In this document: in pieces, positions 10,302-21,642 of the stretch
How the letters are laid out: every line of letters begins with the position of its first letter
Numbering within the stretch: position 1 is the stretch's first letter
Assembly (NCBI GenBank): GCA_008690995.1
Contig: VRMN01000001.1
Coordinates: 3,286,001 to 3,350,000, forward strand
Reading direction: 5' to 3'
From: Porphyridium purpureum
Lineage: Eukaryota
Length of the DNA stretch: 64,000 bases
Program-made: the position numbers and the translations under genes
Notes under the pieces: model-generated
What the model saw: the letters and a program-made list of their open reading frames with translations, nothing else
What the model was told of the DNA's origin: nothing
Databases searched by the model: none

Positions 10302-11657
10302 TTATATGTCTCCCAAATATGTGAAATCAAGTTCGCCTGAGACACTTCGCGGGTATTTCATGCGCTCGGGTAGCGGCGTGTCGCGGCTTGGACCGACCAG
10401 GATGCCTCGCGTGACGAGCTTGTACCGCGAGTTGCAGTCTGGCATTTTGCGCAGGACCCACGTCTCGCAGTTTTCGGGATTGTAAACCTGCAAAAATTCG
10501 TCCAGCGTCCATCGAAAGTACCGATGACAAAAGAGACGCATCGACAGACCGTGGCAAATGATCACAACATTGTCATACGTGAAAGAATCTGGCCTGGGAA
10601 CGACGTGTCTGACGGAGTCAATTTCGCGGAAAAGCGAGTCGAGAAACAGGCTCATGCGGTCGAACAAATCGCAACATGCCTCGCCGCCAGACGGCCTGTA
10701 CCAAAACCGCCCGACCTTTAACCGCTGCTCGATGTGAAAATCCATGCTGGTCGGGTCCTGGAGCTGTCCAAAGTCAAGCTCGCGCAGCCGGATATCTTCT
10801 CGGATTTGAAAGTCGCCTGGGGCAAACTCTCCACCAAGAATCACTTCCTTGAGCGTCTGCTGCGTGCGTAGGTATGGAGAAGTGAAGAATAATACGCGGG
10901 CGTTGGGACCGAGCTCCTGGCGCAATTTTCTACCCGCTTCGCGCGCCTGCGCGAATCCAAGCTCAGTGAGCGACAGCGCGTTGTCTGGCGTTCGCTCCAA
11001 AATGCCCCGATCGGCTTGGAACTGTGACTGGCCGTGTCGAATGAGCACGATTCGCTCCGGTCTCCGCGCGCGTAGCTCTGCTACGCCATCCACGTACGTT
11101 TTGGCCACCATTCTCAGCACCTGCTCGTTCAGAGCAGGAAACACGCGTCGCAGTGTCGCCAACGACATGAGCAGCCACCCAAACGATAGCAGTACCCGAA
11201 AGCACAAAGCGAGCGAGTAGGCATATAGACGAGCAAAAATTTCGATACCATGTTGAAGGCTTCTCAATTCGAACAGCTTCGTTGCCCACGCCATGACACG
11301 CGCCGGTCGCACACAGATTGCGAGCAGAGCCGGAGCAAGGAGCAAATAAGCCGCCCCACCCAGTGTCAACCATCGCCGTGACGATGACGAGAAGGCATGA
11401 CTCCTGCTCGTGACACTTTCTCCTTGACCATGTTCTCGTACCGTATCGGACGATTCCGCGGCGCCAGAGCCTACCCCACCCATGCGCAGATGCCGCAAGA
11501 ACCGACTTTTGTTTGTCGCCGCTGTCGTTCGTCTCCATGGATAACGATTGGAAATGGCGTAAAGCCCACAACGTGGAGGCGGTGGACGGAGGTCTGCGCA
11601 GGCATGTTGCGCGTGCGCGCCGATGGAGCAAACGCAGAAGCACAGCATTGCACTCAT
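10302..11657 (-). CDS. Histidine phosphatase / phosphoglycerate mutase-like protein with TM segments and a transit-like N-terminus
   Basis: IVLIRHGQS, LTELGFAQA, SPYLRTQQT, RLRELDFG and ICHG motifs; start codon uncertain. Confidence 0.82.
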   Translation of the reverse strand: MSAMLCFCVCSIGAHAQHACADLRPPPPRCGLYAISNRYPWRRTTAATNKSRFLRHLRMGGVGSGAAESSDTVREHGQGESVTSRSHAFSSSSRRWLTLGGAAYLLLAPALLAICVRPARVMAWATKLFELRSLQHGIEIFARLYAYSLALCFRVLLSFGWLLMSLATLRRVFPALNEQVLRMVAKTYVDGVAELRARRPERIVLIRHGQSQFQADRGILERTPDNALSLTELGFAQAREAGRKLRQELGPNARVLFFTSPYLRTQQTLKEVILGGEFAPGDFQIREDIRLRELDFGQLQDPTSMDFHIEQRLKVGRFWYRPSGGEACCDLFDRMSLFLDSLFREIDSVRHVVPRPDSFTYDNVVIICHGLSMRLFCHRYFRWTLDEFLQVYNPENCETWVLRKMPDCNSRYKLVTRGILVGPSRDTPLPERMKYPRSVSGELDFTYLGDI

Positions 11658-11971
11658 CGGCGCATCTTGCTCGATCACGACCTGCCCACTTCTTCGGTCG
11701 AGCAGGTACAGTGTCAAACGCGATGAGATGCAAGAACACAAGGCGCGGGAGCTGGCGGAATCGCCGAGGTCGGTGACAACGACAATGCTTCCCTGGACAT
11801 CGCATATTCAGCCGATAATCGTAGGTTGCGACAGTCCTGCGACGAAACGGGTTGTGAGTTGGTGAGGCCCGAAGGGGGTATTTGTGGGCTGCATAGCGTT
11901 TTGACAGAGACTGCTGGAAATGCTGCGACAGAGATTTCCTTATTGTTCTGATCTTATCCTGAAGACTTCCA

Positions 11972-13570
11972 TCATGATTTACTGCACGTCCTAGGACGAT
12001 CCAAGCGCCAAGGAAGAGGACCGAGCTGCAAAAGCTGCTCAAGTTCCGCATCAAATGCAGAATAGAACGCACAAAGCTCATCCTCAACTTCGCGTCGCTC
12101 ACGCGCAAAGGCTGTAAAACGATTGTCTTTGGGATCACGTGCCGTCTTGTTCCTCACATCATACGTTTCGCTGTCCAGCTGCCATCCACTAATGGGTCCA
12201 AACTCAGGCAAGACCGCATGGAGGCGACGCTGTAAACTCTGTTGCGACAGAGCCGCGGGGTCCACGTAAGCGTGCCCCGGGTGCATCCCTGCATGAGCGT
12301 AAATTCGCGACATGCTCTCATTTGGATTACTCCGAAGCTCCGAATCAAACAAGACAAGTACTTGCTCTCGCGCGAACAACTCGAACAGGTTCTGTACCTG
12401 TGGTAAATACATTCCACGCAAAACATAGCCCCCGCGCGTAAGTTGAGCCGGATTGCGCCGCTGGAAAAGAAAGCATCGACGTAAAAGAGTATCTCCCGCA
12501 CGGATGCAACCCGTGATCATTTGCATCTCTTCGCGCATGCTCGCAAGGCCGGATCCAAGATCCAGTACAACACCAGACGAAGAGTCGCTGCCGGCGTACA
12601 GCCATTCGGTCTGAAGTTCCTGTTGATCAGAGAGAATCTCTGAGAGGGACCCATTCATAATCCACGGAAGCACCTTTTTCCTCAAAAAGTTTTGCCATCG
12701 CGGGTTCGAGCGCACCTCACTGGGCACGCATGCCCCAATTTGCACTGGGTCGGAAGTGTCAAGGCACATCGCGAGGGCAGCGGCGTGCTGACTGAGAAGC
12801 CCGCGCCATTCAAGCTGAGACTCCAGCTGGCGTAAACGCATGTTCAACTCAGACCATGCTCGTTGAACCGGGTCTCTCAACAAAAGCACTACGCGGGCGT
12901 GCGGCAGCACGTCGCGGAGTCGTTTCAGCGCATCGTAAGAAGATGAGTATGACGGCGAACAGTCAGCTGACACAAATGGGACTGGGCGGCGACCATCCCG
13001 ACTTTGTGGAGCCCCTCCAATGTCCGGAAAATACTCAAGATACGCCGACTTGTTCGGCTGGTGCCCTGCTGTGAGGTCGAAAAAGTGCACTTCCTTGAGC
13101 ACCTTGACGCTCTTTCCTCCGACACTCGGCGGGCGAAACTCCGGATGCGCAAGCAAATGACCAAACACCGCTGTGGTGCCGGCCTTTTGCACTCCGACCA
13201 ACAGCAGTGTCGGGAAGCAGCGAAATTGGGATCCTCTCTGGCGCGTACCCCGAATCAGGTCCACGCAACATAGCACGCGCACGCGCGGCGCTTCATTCGG
13301 TGCGTCAAAGTAGTTGCATACTGGTGAAGCAGTCAACGCCGCACGCGGCTCTCGGGCGACACATACACTATCGTCTCGGTTTGACTTTGCCTGCACTTCA
13401 CGCAGCGCTGGCGAAACTGGGCAGGTCCTGATCACCTCCCCGTCCGCAGCTGCGTGTCGTGCGAGAAGCACGAGGGTCAGGCAAGATACAACAAGCACGA
13501 GAGCGCGCAAAATTGGTTGGAAATTGCTTGCCCAGTCGAGGAGCGCCGTCTTCCATTGCCGCGCCTGCAT
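11972..13570 (-). CDS. Golgi-type (type II membrane) carbohydrate sulfotransferase, heparan-sulfate 3-O/N-sulfotransferase-like fold
   Basis: 5'-PSB motif GVQKAGTT, KEVHFFD, 3'-PB motif LLRDPVQRAWS and RGMY; N-terminal TM anchor. Confidence 0.85.
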   Translation of the reverse strand: MQARQWKTALLDWASNFQPILRALVLVVSCLTLVLLARHAAADGEVIRTCPVSPALREVQAKSNRDDSVCVAREPRAALTASPVCNYFDAPNEAPRVRVLCCVDLIRGTRQRGSQFRCFPTLLLVGVQKAGTTAVFGHLLAHPEFRPPSVGGKSVKVLKEVHFFDLTAGHQPNKSAYLEYFPDIGGAPQSRDGRRPVPFVSADCSPSYSSSYDALKRLRDVLPHARVVLLLRDPVQRAWSELNMRLRQLESQLEWRGLLSQHAAALAMCLDTSDPVQIGACVPSEVRSNPRWQNFLRKKVLPWIMNGSLSEILSDQQELQTEWLYAGSDSSSGVVLDLGSGLASMREEMQMITGCIRAGDTLLRRCFLFQRRNPAQLTRGGYVLRGMYLPQVQNLFELFAREQVLVLFDSELRSNPNESMSRIYAHAGMHPGHAYVDPAALSQQSLQRRLHAVLPEFGPISGWQLDSETYDVRNKTARDPKDNRFTAFARERREVEDELCAFYSAFDAELEQLLQLGPLPWRLDRPRTCSKS

Positions 13571-13572
13571 CG

Positions 13573-14730
13573 ATGAGTCGCTCACTGTTCGTGCTCACGC
13601 CGAGTCCGCCGCTCGCGTTTCGAGGCGTCGGGGCGCACAGTGTGAGACGGGTTGCAGCGCAGACGCTGAATGTTGCGTATCGAAGAGCAAGAGCGCTTAT
13701 CGTCGCGCACGGCAAGGAGAATGACGAGGACAAAGACCAATCTACCGTTCCAAAGGCGCCAGAAGCCCCGGCGGTGGACGGTTCTTCGCCGCCGCCCGGC
13801 TTCGTGGCAGTACCGGCAGGCGAACTAGGGATCGAACGCGCGCGAGATTTGTGCGCAGGTCTCTACTCTGCGAGCATGATCTGGCAAGGCCTGGCATCCT
13901 TGGGTGAGATCCTACTGCTTTTCAGGCAAGAGATTGACACAATAACGCTGCTTCTGGCTGGGTTTCGACTAACGCTGAAGGCGCTGGTTGGTGTGCTGCT
14001 CTACGTATCGCGAGAGGCCGTCTTGCACAATCGAACGACCTCGGAAACGTACCGGCGCATCAACATGGCGCTGATTGCGTACAGCGTGGTCAACATCTAT
14101 GGCATGCAGAGCGACGAGGGAGTCTTGCAGCTGTGGAGCACCGTGCCATGGGTCAAGGGCAATCCTTCGCTCGGCGGCTCGTACATAATGTACTTTGCAT
14201 CGATCCTGACATGGTGGACAGCCGTCGGCGGTGGTCTCAAAGCGGTCGAGGTGCTTTTACAGCGCGTACCTATTCGGATTTTAAAATCGGTGGCAGATAT
14301 CTCTGTCACAAGGTGGAAGAATGTATCCGCTTTGCCTATCTGGTACGCTGTGGCAATCGGCGCGTGTGCGCTGGCTGGTGCTGCGGGCTCCTTTGCGACC
14401 ATCCCGGTGAGTCTGGGTGCCTCTTCCGATCTGGCTCAGTTTGCCTACAGAATGATAAGTCGAGAGGCGCTCGTTCTCCTTATCCCCGTGTACTTTACGC
14501 TCTGGGACGCAGCGCAGCGAGACCGACTAGCAGCGTCAACGTTCCGCTACCTACGAGCAGCTTTGGCTGTTGTCGATCTTGCACGCAGCGCGCTGTTGTT
14601 TGTCTTCCTGCGTTCAAAGTTGGCGCTGCAGCTGCCAACCCCAGCCTCTTTGGTGGTTGGGGCATTGTTGCTGCTCTTCCACGTGGTCTCAGGCGCTGTG
14701 TCCGTATCCGGTCTGGTCCGAAAGAAATAA
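13573..14730 (+). CDS. Multi-pass membrane protein, probably plastid targeted, uncharacterised
   Basis: Transit-like N-terminus; about 8 hydrophobic helices; internally repeated motif NRTTSETYRRIN / DRLAASTFRYL. Confidence 0.7.
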   Translation: MSRSLFVLTPSPPLAFRGVGAHSVRRVAAQTLNVAYRRARALIVAHGKENDEDKDQSTVPKAPEAPAVDGSSPPPGFVAVPAGELGIERARDLCAGLYSASMIWQGLASLGEILLLFRQEIDTITLLLAGFRLTLKALVGVLLYVSREAVLHNRTTSETYRRINMALIAYSVVNIYGMQSDEGVLQLWSTVPWVKGNPSLGGSYIMYFASILTWWTAVGGGLKAVEVLLQRVPIRILKSVADISVTRWKNVSALPIWYAVAIGACALAGAAGSFATIPVSLGASSDLAQFAYRMISREALVLLIPVYFTLWDAAQRDRLAASTFRYLRAALAVVDLARSALLFVFLRSKLALQLPTPASLVVGALLLLFHVVSGAVSVSGLVRKK

Positions 14731-14846
14731 GAAGGCGATGGATTTCCAGCATTTACTCTGAGAGATGAGTGAAGCTCATCCCCGCTGCTCACTTTTTTCT
14801 AAGTCACACGGGACGAAAGTGCCGAGCTCCTTTCCGCACGACGGCA

Positions 14847-15158
14847 CTAGTTTGCGTCCTTCAGCAACCGTCTTTGGATGAAAACGGATGTCTCCAAGAA
14901 GCGCTCGGCACAGTTCGAAAAGCATGACTCCTCTGAGCTGGACAGCTTTGTGCCGGGCTTTCCCATGCACTTGTCCCAGCACTTGTCTGTGATCTCCGCG
15001 AGCGCCTCCTGCACACGCACCTGCGACTCGGCCTGTGCTTGGAGCTGCTGCAACTCCTGCAGCATCCTCGCCTGGTCCGCCTCAGTCATGCTCCCCACTC
15101 CACCACTACCTGGCGAGCCCGATCCGGACCCATAGGACGAGCTTCCCCAAGACGACAT
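14847..15158 (-). CDS. TIM8: Small Tim chaperone (Tim8-like)
   Basis: Twin CX3C motif: CWDKC...CFSNC, followed by ERFLE. Confidence 0.85.
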   Translation of the reverse strand: MSSWGSSSYGSGSGSPGSGGVGSMTEADQARMLQELQQLQAQAESQVRVQEALAEITDKCWDKCMGKPGTKLSSSEESCFSNCAERFLETSVFIQRRLLKDAN

Positions 15159-15330
15159 CCCTCCGCGATCCTCCACACACAAACAGCTCACAACACGAAC
15201 GATCCACGCCGTCGTCCTTCCGCTCCGTCCTCACGGCCCACGCGTGTGACTTTGTCGACGCGACCAGTCTTGTGGAAAAAGGGCATGCTGATGGGCGGAG
15301 GGCGAGGACAGGAGGGAGAGAAAGAGACAG

Positions 15331-15795
15331 ATGGCCATGAATAGGTCCGGGGGTCCGATATTTCGGAACCCGGAACTGCGGGATACGTACTTGTTGATCA
15401 CGATGACGCGCGGGACCGCCAGGAAGACGCCGATCGTGCGAGACTTGTGCGCGCGCTTGCTGCTGAGACGACCCAACACGTCGCGCATCCACCCAGACGG
15501 GCCTGTGGTGTGGGGAATGGTTCGAAAGATGATGCATATGGTGGAGCTGCACCGCATTCCGAAAGAGGATCTGCATTTGTATTCAGATAAGGAGAGGCTA
15601 CCGCTCACATTGCGCAAGAAGAAGCGGTTCAGGATTGCGGAGAAACAGGAAAAGAAAGAAAGCAAGGAAGCCGCAGAGGCAAAGGCACTGGCTCTCTACA
15701 ACGAGCGCATGCGCTCGCTTGGACTTGTCGACGCGGTAAGGGACTCGGCGCGCCTGCCCTTCTGGAGTCCTTATCCCAAGCCGTCAGCGTGTTAA
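15331..15795 (+). CDS. Mitochondrial ribosomal protein uL30m-like
   Basis: LLITMTRG...LLLRRPNTSRIHPDGPVVWGMVRKMMHMVEL matches the L30 consensus (ITL.RS...LGL.+....V.GM+.KV.H+V). Confidence 0.65.
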   Translation: MAMNRSGGPIFRNPELRDTYLLITMTRGTARKTPIVRDLCARLLLRRPNTSRIHPDGPVVWGMVRKMMHMVELHRIPKEDLHLYSDKERLPLTLRKKKRFRIAEKQEKKESKEAAEAKALALYNERMRSLGLVDAVRDSARLPFWSPYPKPSAC

Positions 15796-15896
15796 GCGCT
15801 CGGGGCTCTTGATTCTTTTCCTAAAAATTTTACACTGCAAACTAGCGGCTTCCCTCGCCCATCTCTTCAACCTTTAATGTCACAGCAAGCGGAGCG

Positions 15897-18800
15897 CTAC
15901 TTGATGTTGAACATTTGCTTCAGCTTAATGACAGTCTGCCAGTCCTCGCGCGACAGCTCGTCGCGGAAATGCTCTTTCAGTACATCGATTGACTTTCTCG
16001 TAAGCCGGCTGTAGATCTCGTTCTCCATATCCAGGTGGCGGCCGAACAAAATGTGATCATAGTTACCGCCACCAATCTTGACGGCCACGTTTTGTCCAGC
16101 CTTGGCTTCTGAGACCGCTTTCTTGTCCACCTCGATACCGAGCACGCGCCCAATCTCGAGTACACCATCCACAGCGCCTCCGTAGTCGGTCTTGACTGCC
16201 ATCGGTGCGTTCAGCTTGAGCATTCCCTCCAAGATTTCGCACCCCAGAACAAGCGGGCTCTTCTTGTTGAATACACATTCCGGCAAGATGCGCATGACCA
16301 CAGGAAACACAGCGTCGGACATGGCCTCTTGTTGTTGCCGCTTCTTGACACCTAGCATGTACTCTGTAAACTGGTCGAATAAATGGTAGATGATGTCCGC
16401 CGTGAAGATGGGAATGCCAAGCTCCTCTGCATGGGCTCGAGCGTCGCGCTCAACCTTGACGTCAAACGCTAGAATAAGTGCGTATTCCTTCTTCTTCTCC
16501 AGCATGGTCGAACACTTCATCACATCACGCTTGTTGACGGGACCAATGTTGATGCCAGACACCGGGATTTTGCTTGAGCGAAGGAAATCAAGCAAGGCTT
16601 CAAGCGAGCCAAGCGTGGATGCTTGAACGTACACACCTTCACCTGTCTTGTTCACACTTTGGAGAATGGTTTCCATGTCCTTCACGACTTCTTCCTTGAG
16701 ATAATCAATCTCGTCATGGTCATCCGCGCGCATAGGTACAAGCAGCTGAGTACCCGCCACGGCCTTCTCCAGACCCTCCGCCATGATCTTGATACCTACA
16801 GCGGCCTCTAGCTTCTTGTGGTGTAGGTACTGTCCCTTTACGCGCATCTCCTTCATCGGGTGCGGCGTTAGCAGACCGCGCACACGGGTCACAATGGGCC
16901 CGTCTAGCCCGCAAACCACAATTGTCGCGCCTTCCTCCAGGTGTCCTGCCGTCAGCACAACATCAATTGTGGTACCAAGCCCTTCGATCATCTTCACCTC
17001 GATAACCGTACACTGCAGCGAGTCAATAAACATGAGCCGCTGCTCCAGCATTCTCTGTGACAAGGTCACCAGCATCATGAGCAGGTCGGGAATGCCCTCC
17101 CCTGTGTGCGCCGATGTCGGAATCAACGAGATCGTGCGCCTCGGATCCTTATTCTCCCAATACAACTCCACATTCAGCCCAATCTCGGCAAACGCAAGCT
17201 TTGTCTGCGCCACGCGATCCTTAAACTCGCCAAGCACATGCTTTTTCTGCTGCTTCAGGCTATCCTGCACCCCACAATCCTTGCCTGCCTTCCAGTCAAA
17301 CAACCGGTCAACCTTGTTGAGTGCCACCACAAACGGATTTTTGCGATTCCGCAGCAAGTTGATACTCTCAATAGTTTGTGGCTCTAGCCCATGCATGATG
17401 TCGACCACCAAAATCGCAATATCGCACAGAGACGAGCCGCGCGTGCGCAAGTTTGTGAAGCTTTCGTGTCCGGGCGTATCGATCACCAGCAGTGAAGGGA
17501 GGCGGTACACCATGTCGCGCAGTCCTAGCTTGTCCACTTCTTTACGTACCGCGTCCATTGGCATGTACGTCGCACCAATCTGCTGCGTAATTCCACCCGC
17601 TTCACCATTCTGTACGTTCGTACGGCGGATTCGGTCCAAAATCTTTGTCTTACCGGTATCGACATGCCCAAGAATGCAAACCACGGGGGAACGCAACCGC
17701 TCCTTACTCGCGCACAACAGAGCCTCCTTGCGTAGTTCCTGTCGCTTCAGTCGAATCGCGAGGACACGCTTGCGACGCTCTATTTCTTGTTTCGTGAGGA
17801 CGACATCGTCTTCAGAGCTAGAATACTCAGAGTCGCTTTCCTCTTCCTCCTCATCATCATCGCTAGCCTCGGACGCATCCTCAGAATCTGCTTCTTCCTC
17901 GCCCGAGCTCGAGGCACCATCAGCGCTACTTTCTTCCTCCCCGGATGACTTTGCCGCTCTCTTTTCATCTTGGCCAGAGATGCGAACTACATCATTCTCC
18001 CCAGCGCTCTCCATGGGGGCGTCATCTCCGCTGAGCAGCTTGCTGAGCTGCTCTTCTCGCTGCCGCGCCAAAATTGCGTCCAAATCTTCGTCGTCGTTTT
18101 CGCTTTTTGCTTGGGCGACAAGCGCTGTAGCCCGTGAGTCCCAGTCTTCGTCATCCCACGAAGCTGCTGCCGCTGCGTCGTGAGATTCAACACGCTCCTT
18201 GTTGGCAGTGGACACGCCAGCCGCAGATGGCAGCGGCGCTGCACTGCCAGCGATAGCACGGCTCGTTTCAGCACGGGTTTCGCCTTGCTCTTGCTGCGGC
18301 GTCGGCGACTGCTTGGAGGGGCCGGGCTTCTTCTTTCTTGTTTCATACACGACCCGCTTGGGTTTTGCTGCATCTGCGGACGAGCCTCCAGTTGCAGCCA
18401 TAGCAGGGATGAGCCCTTGATCGATCAGTTGCTGCTTGTATTGCTCAGCCTTACGCTGCTTCTCCTGCTGTGCCTTGGTGAGAAGCTTGCCCTCCTTGCG
18501 CAACTGTTCTTTTCGCAACCGCTCAGACTCTCTCTTCCTCTCACGGGCGGCCGCCGCCTCTTGTTGAGCAAGCTCCTCTGCGCGCGCCGCGGCTTCTGCT
18601 GCACGCGCTGCTTCGAGTCGCGCATGCTCAGCTTTTTCTTGCTCTAAGCGTCTCTTCTCAACCTCTTCACGCATCTTGCGCACTGCCGCACTTTCCTTAC
18701 CCTTCTTCGAAGGTTCAGCGGCCTGCGCTGGCGCCGCACCTTGTGCGTCTGTCCGTGCATCATCTTGACTACCCAAGACAGCCCCTTCCTTCTCCGCTTT

Positions 18801-18965
18801 CTCCTTTTGTTTTTTTCTCAATCTCTTTTTTTGTGCCGCCGTCAGTTTCGATTCATCGAGTTCTTCTGGAGCGGCATCAATATCCCCAATAGCCGCAGAC
18901 GCAGCGGCTGCAGCCTGTTCATGCGCGGCAGACTCGGGGCTTGGTGTCTGCGTATCGTCAATTGG

Positions 18966-18999
<34 letters not shown>

Positions 19000-20339
19000 G
19001 AACTTGCTTCTTTAGGTCCCGCTGCTACACCAAAGTCCGCCAAAAGAGCGTCCAGATCCTCATCCTCGGCCCCAGGACTCTTTTTCTGCTTTTTCTTCAT
19101 TTTTTTCTTCTGTGCTGCGGTCAAGGGTGCAGCCACTTCACCATTTGCCCTTTCTTTCTCCTCTTCGCCAAAAAGAGCCGCACCTGAATCTACTTTGTTG
19201 GCGGCTGTGCCGCCATCGATTGCTGCCAAAAGAGAGTCCAAATCTTCCTCGTGTTTTTCAACAGATTTTCCTTTGCCCTTTTTCTTTTTCTTTCCTCCGG
19301 ATGTCGCCGCGGCCTTGTCTTCTGTGGCGCCTTCTCCTTCAAGCTCCAGAAGCAAAGCATCCAGCTCCTCCTTTTCCTTCCCAGATTTTTCTTTCGCCCG
19401 CGCCGTCTCCATAGCCGCAGATCCCCTCGATCTTTCTGCCTCGTAAGCGGACATATCCTTTCCCTTCTTACCTGCTCCGTGGTCGGGGGCGGCCTTCCCC
19501 TTGTTCTTTGATTTTAATGACGATGACTTTGCTGCAACATCATCGCCCGGTTCCTCATCGGAGCCGAATCCAAACTCAATCATATCGCCGCCTTGACTTT
19601 CGGACAGGGAAGCTTTGTCCTTACCGCCCCGCGGCTGTAGCGCACTTTTCGCCTTTCCTTTGGCCTTCTTGCCCGCTCCGAGCACGTCCAGATCTAAGGC
19701 ATCGCCATTTTCATCGCTACTGTCATCACCTACAATAATGGTGTCCAAGCCCGCAGCCCTCCCAGCATTGCTCTTGGTCTTTTGCCCTTTCCGCTTGGGC
19801 TTTAAGTTCAAATCAATCTTGAGGCTGGCTTCGTCATCCTCCTGCGAGTCATCGTCACTGCCAACGAGCACGGTCTCGACTCCCTTGAGATCTTTCGTTC
19901 CTGACTTTGATTTGCCCTTTCCAGCGGAAGGAGCGACGACAGTCTGCTGCTCCTCGTCGTCGTCATCGTCCCCTTCATCGCCTTCCAGAGCCAACGCAGC
20001 GAATGCCGAGGTCGGTGCTTTCCGGCTGCTCGATTCTCTCAAACTCACATCCGCGTCTTCCTCGTCATCGTCTTCCTCACCTCCAGAACCCAGAGCTGCA
20101 AAGCCCGAGGACGCGCCACCTTTTGCCTTCCTGCGCTCACTGACGATCGGTTCCTGCTGCGCGTCGTCGACATCCTCGTCGTCATCGCCCAGCAACGCAA
20201 ACGCAGCCGCGCCCTTCACGCCCGCTTTCGCGCCGCCCTCCTCACGCCCGCTGCTGCCGCCTCCCTCCTCCTCACTGCCATCGCCCAGCGCCGCCGCCAT
20301 TCTGGCAGCCGCCGCGCGCTTCTTCTCCTTCTTCCCCAT
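15897..20339 (-). CDS. EIF5B: Translation initiation factor eIF5B
   Basis: Charged low-complexity N-terminus; GTPase motifs LRSPVVCILGHVDTGKT, GGITQQIGA, DTPGHESF and NKVD; QASTLGSLEAL. Confidence 0.96.
18968..18997. repeat. (CAG)10 trinucleotide repeat encoding poly-Ala in eIF5B
   Basis: Direct read. Confidence 0.9.
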
Positions 20340-20460
20340 GACCTCCCGTCACGAAATCCCGCCCCCTCCTCGTGCTCTGTCCTCGCGCCGCAGATACCCC
20401 TCACTATATCATGCACTCCCTCGCACACATGCACTGCGAGCTGCCGATTCCAAACACACC

Positions 20461-20534
20461 TCACTGCCCGTCACAGACCGTCACAGACCGTCGCTGCCCG
20501 TCGCTGCACGTCGCTGCACGTCGCTGCACGTCGC
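20461..20534. repeat. Degenerate 10-bp tandem repeat (TCRCWGMMCG)x7 upstream of eIF5B
   Basis: tcactgcccg, tcacagaccg x2, tcgctgcccg, tcgctgcacg x3. Confidence 0.85.
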
Positions 20535-20637
20535 GTCCGTCGCAATCGCTCTCGTCCGCCACCCCTTCCCAAAGCCTCGCAGCATCAGCGACGCCCACAC
20601 GTGCCGCGGCGTCGCCCCGCAGCCACCTCCACCACAA

Positions 20638-20646
20638 TTAGGGTTT
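20638..20646 (-). promoter_or_regulatory. Telo-box-like element AAACCCTAA
   Basis: ttagggttt on the + strand, ~300 bp upstream of the eIF5B ATG. Confidence 0.4.
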
Positions 20647-21642
20647 CTCCCCCCAACCCTTCTTCGCACCCAAAAAAGTACACTTCGTACAGTCGAATCC
20701 CTACTCCGCTTGCGTCTACGAGCAGGTGTGTGCGTTTTCCTAGCAAAAACACCCGACTTTTATAGAGCGCCGGACTTCCGGCAGATGTTTAACGGAGGTG
20801 TTTAAATAAAGATTAAGATTAATGTGGTGCGTGAGCGGGCATTTCTTCGATAAAATGTGATGGCCAAGCAGCGGAGTCAGTGATGGGAGTGTGTTTGTGT
20901 GCACGCCATGTGTGCCTCATCCTGGTGGAGCTTCGCGTCACACTCGCGTTGGCCACACGGTTCGCCGCGTGGCAGATGCGAGCTGATGTCGCTCACATTC
21001 TACACGCAAGATCGACGCCCGGCATGAGGTCGCGTTTCCTTTTTTTCTTTTTTGACGCCATGGACAGAACCGCCCAGTGGTAGCTTCGCAGCGGTCATCT
21101 TCGCGACCCTCGCCGGGCTCCCGTGGTTTCGTCGCTTGTCCATGTACAGCGTGCCAATCGATCTGCGCCTTTTTGCGATGCTGCCGGAGCAGCTGAATCC
21201 ACAGCTGATGACTGGAACGCTGCGTGGTAGTCTCGCTGCCTGCAGCTGGATTTTACACATCTGTCTGGCTGTGTGTGCGTGATTTGCGGTATCGCACAGC
21301 ACAAAGAAGGCTGCACTATTTGCTGCGGCGTAGCGCACTCCAATGTGCAGAATTGGGCTACAACCAACACGGCGCACTGCGCGCGATGCGCAAAATGTCT
21401 CATCACGACAGTTCGAACAAACCAGCAGCAAACACCTTTGCATCGCATTGCGATGGGTTCGACGGCGTGTTTTCCATATTGCCAGAGCATGCGGCAAATC
21501 CATGGGTGCCCTGGAGTACTAATGTTCACATCCGCCTGGCAGTCCCGATAAGGAAAAAACTATGATTGTGCATCTCATACCCTCCGTGAAATTTAATCGC
21601 GACGGAACGCATGTATTTACTGGGAGCCCCATCCGGCTCTCT

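Noticed and set aside
16783..18183. Long antisense ORFs (466 aa here; also 19615-20805, 5894-6808, 33895-34785, 10963-12138, 47987-49177)
   Set aside because: Shadow frames of real genes in GC-rich DNA, with low-complexity translations and no motifs.
20685..20712. tRNA T-arm-like string gtcgaatccctac
   Set aside because: It lacks the TTC motif, a paired T-stem and a cloverleaf.
21052..21330. Small ORF with possible TGA readthrough or selenocysteine
   Set aside because: No redox motif, no recognisable SECIS element, and further stops follow shortly.
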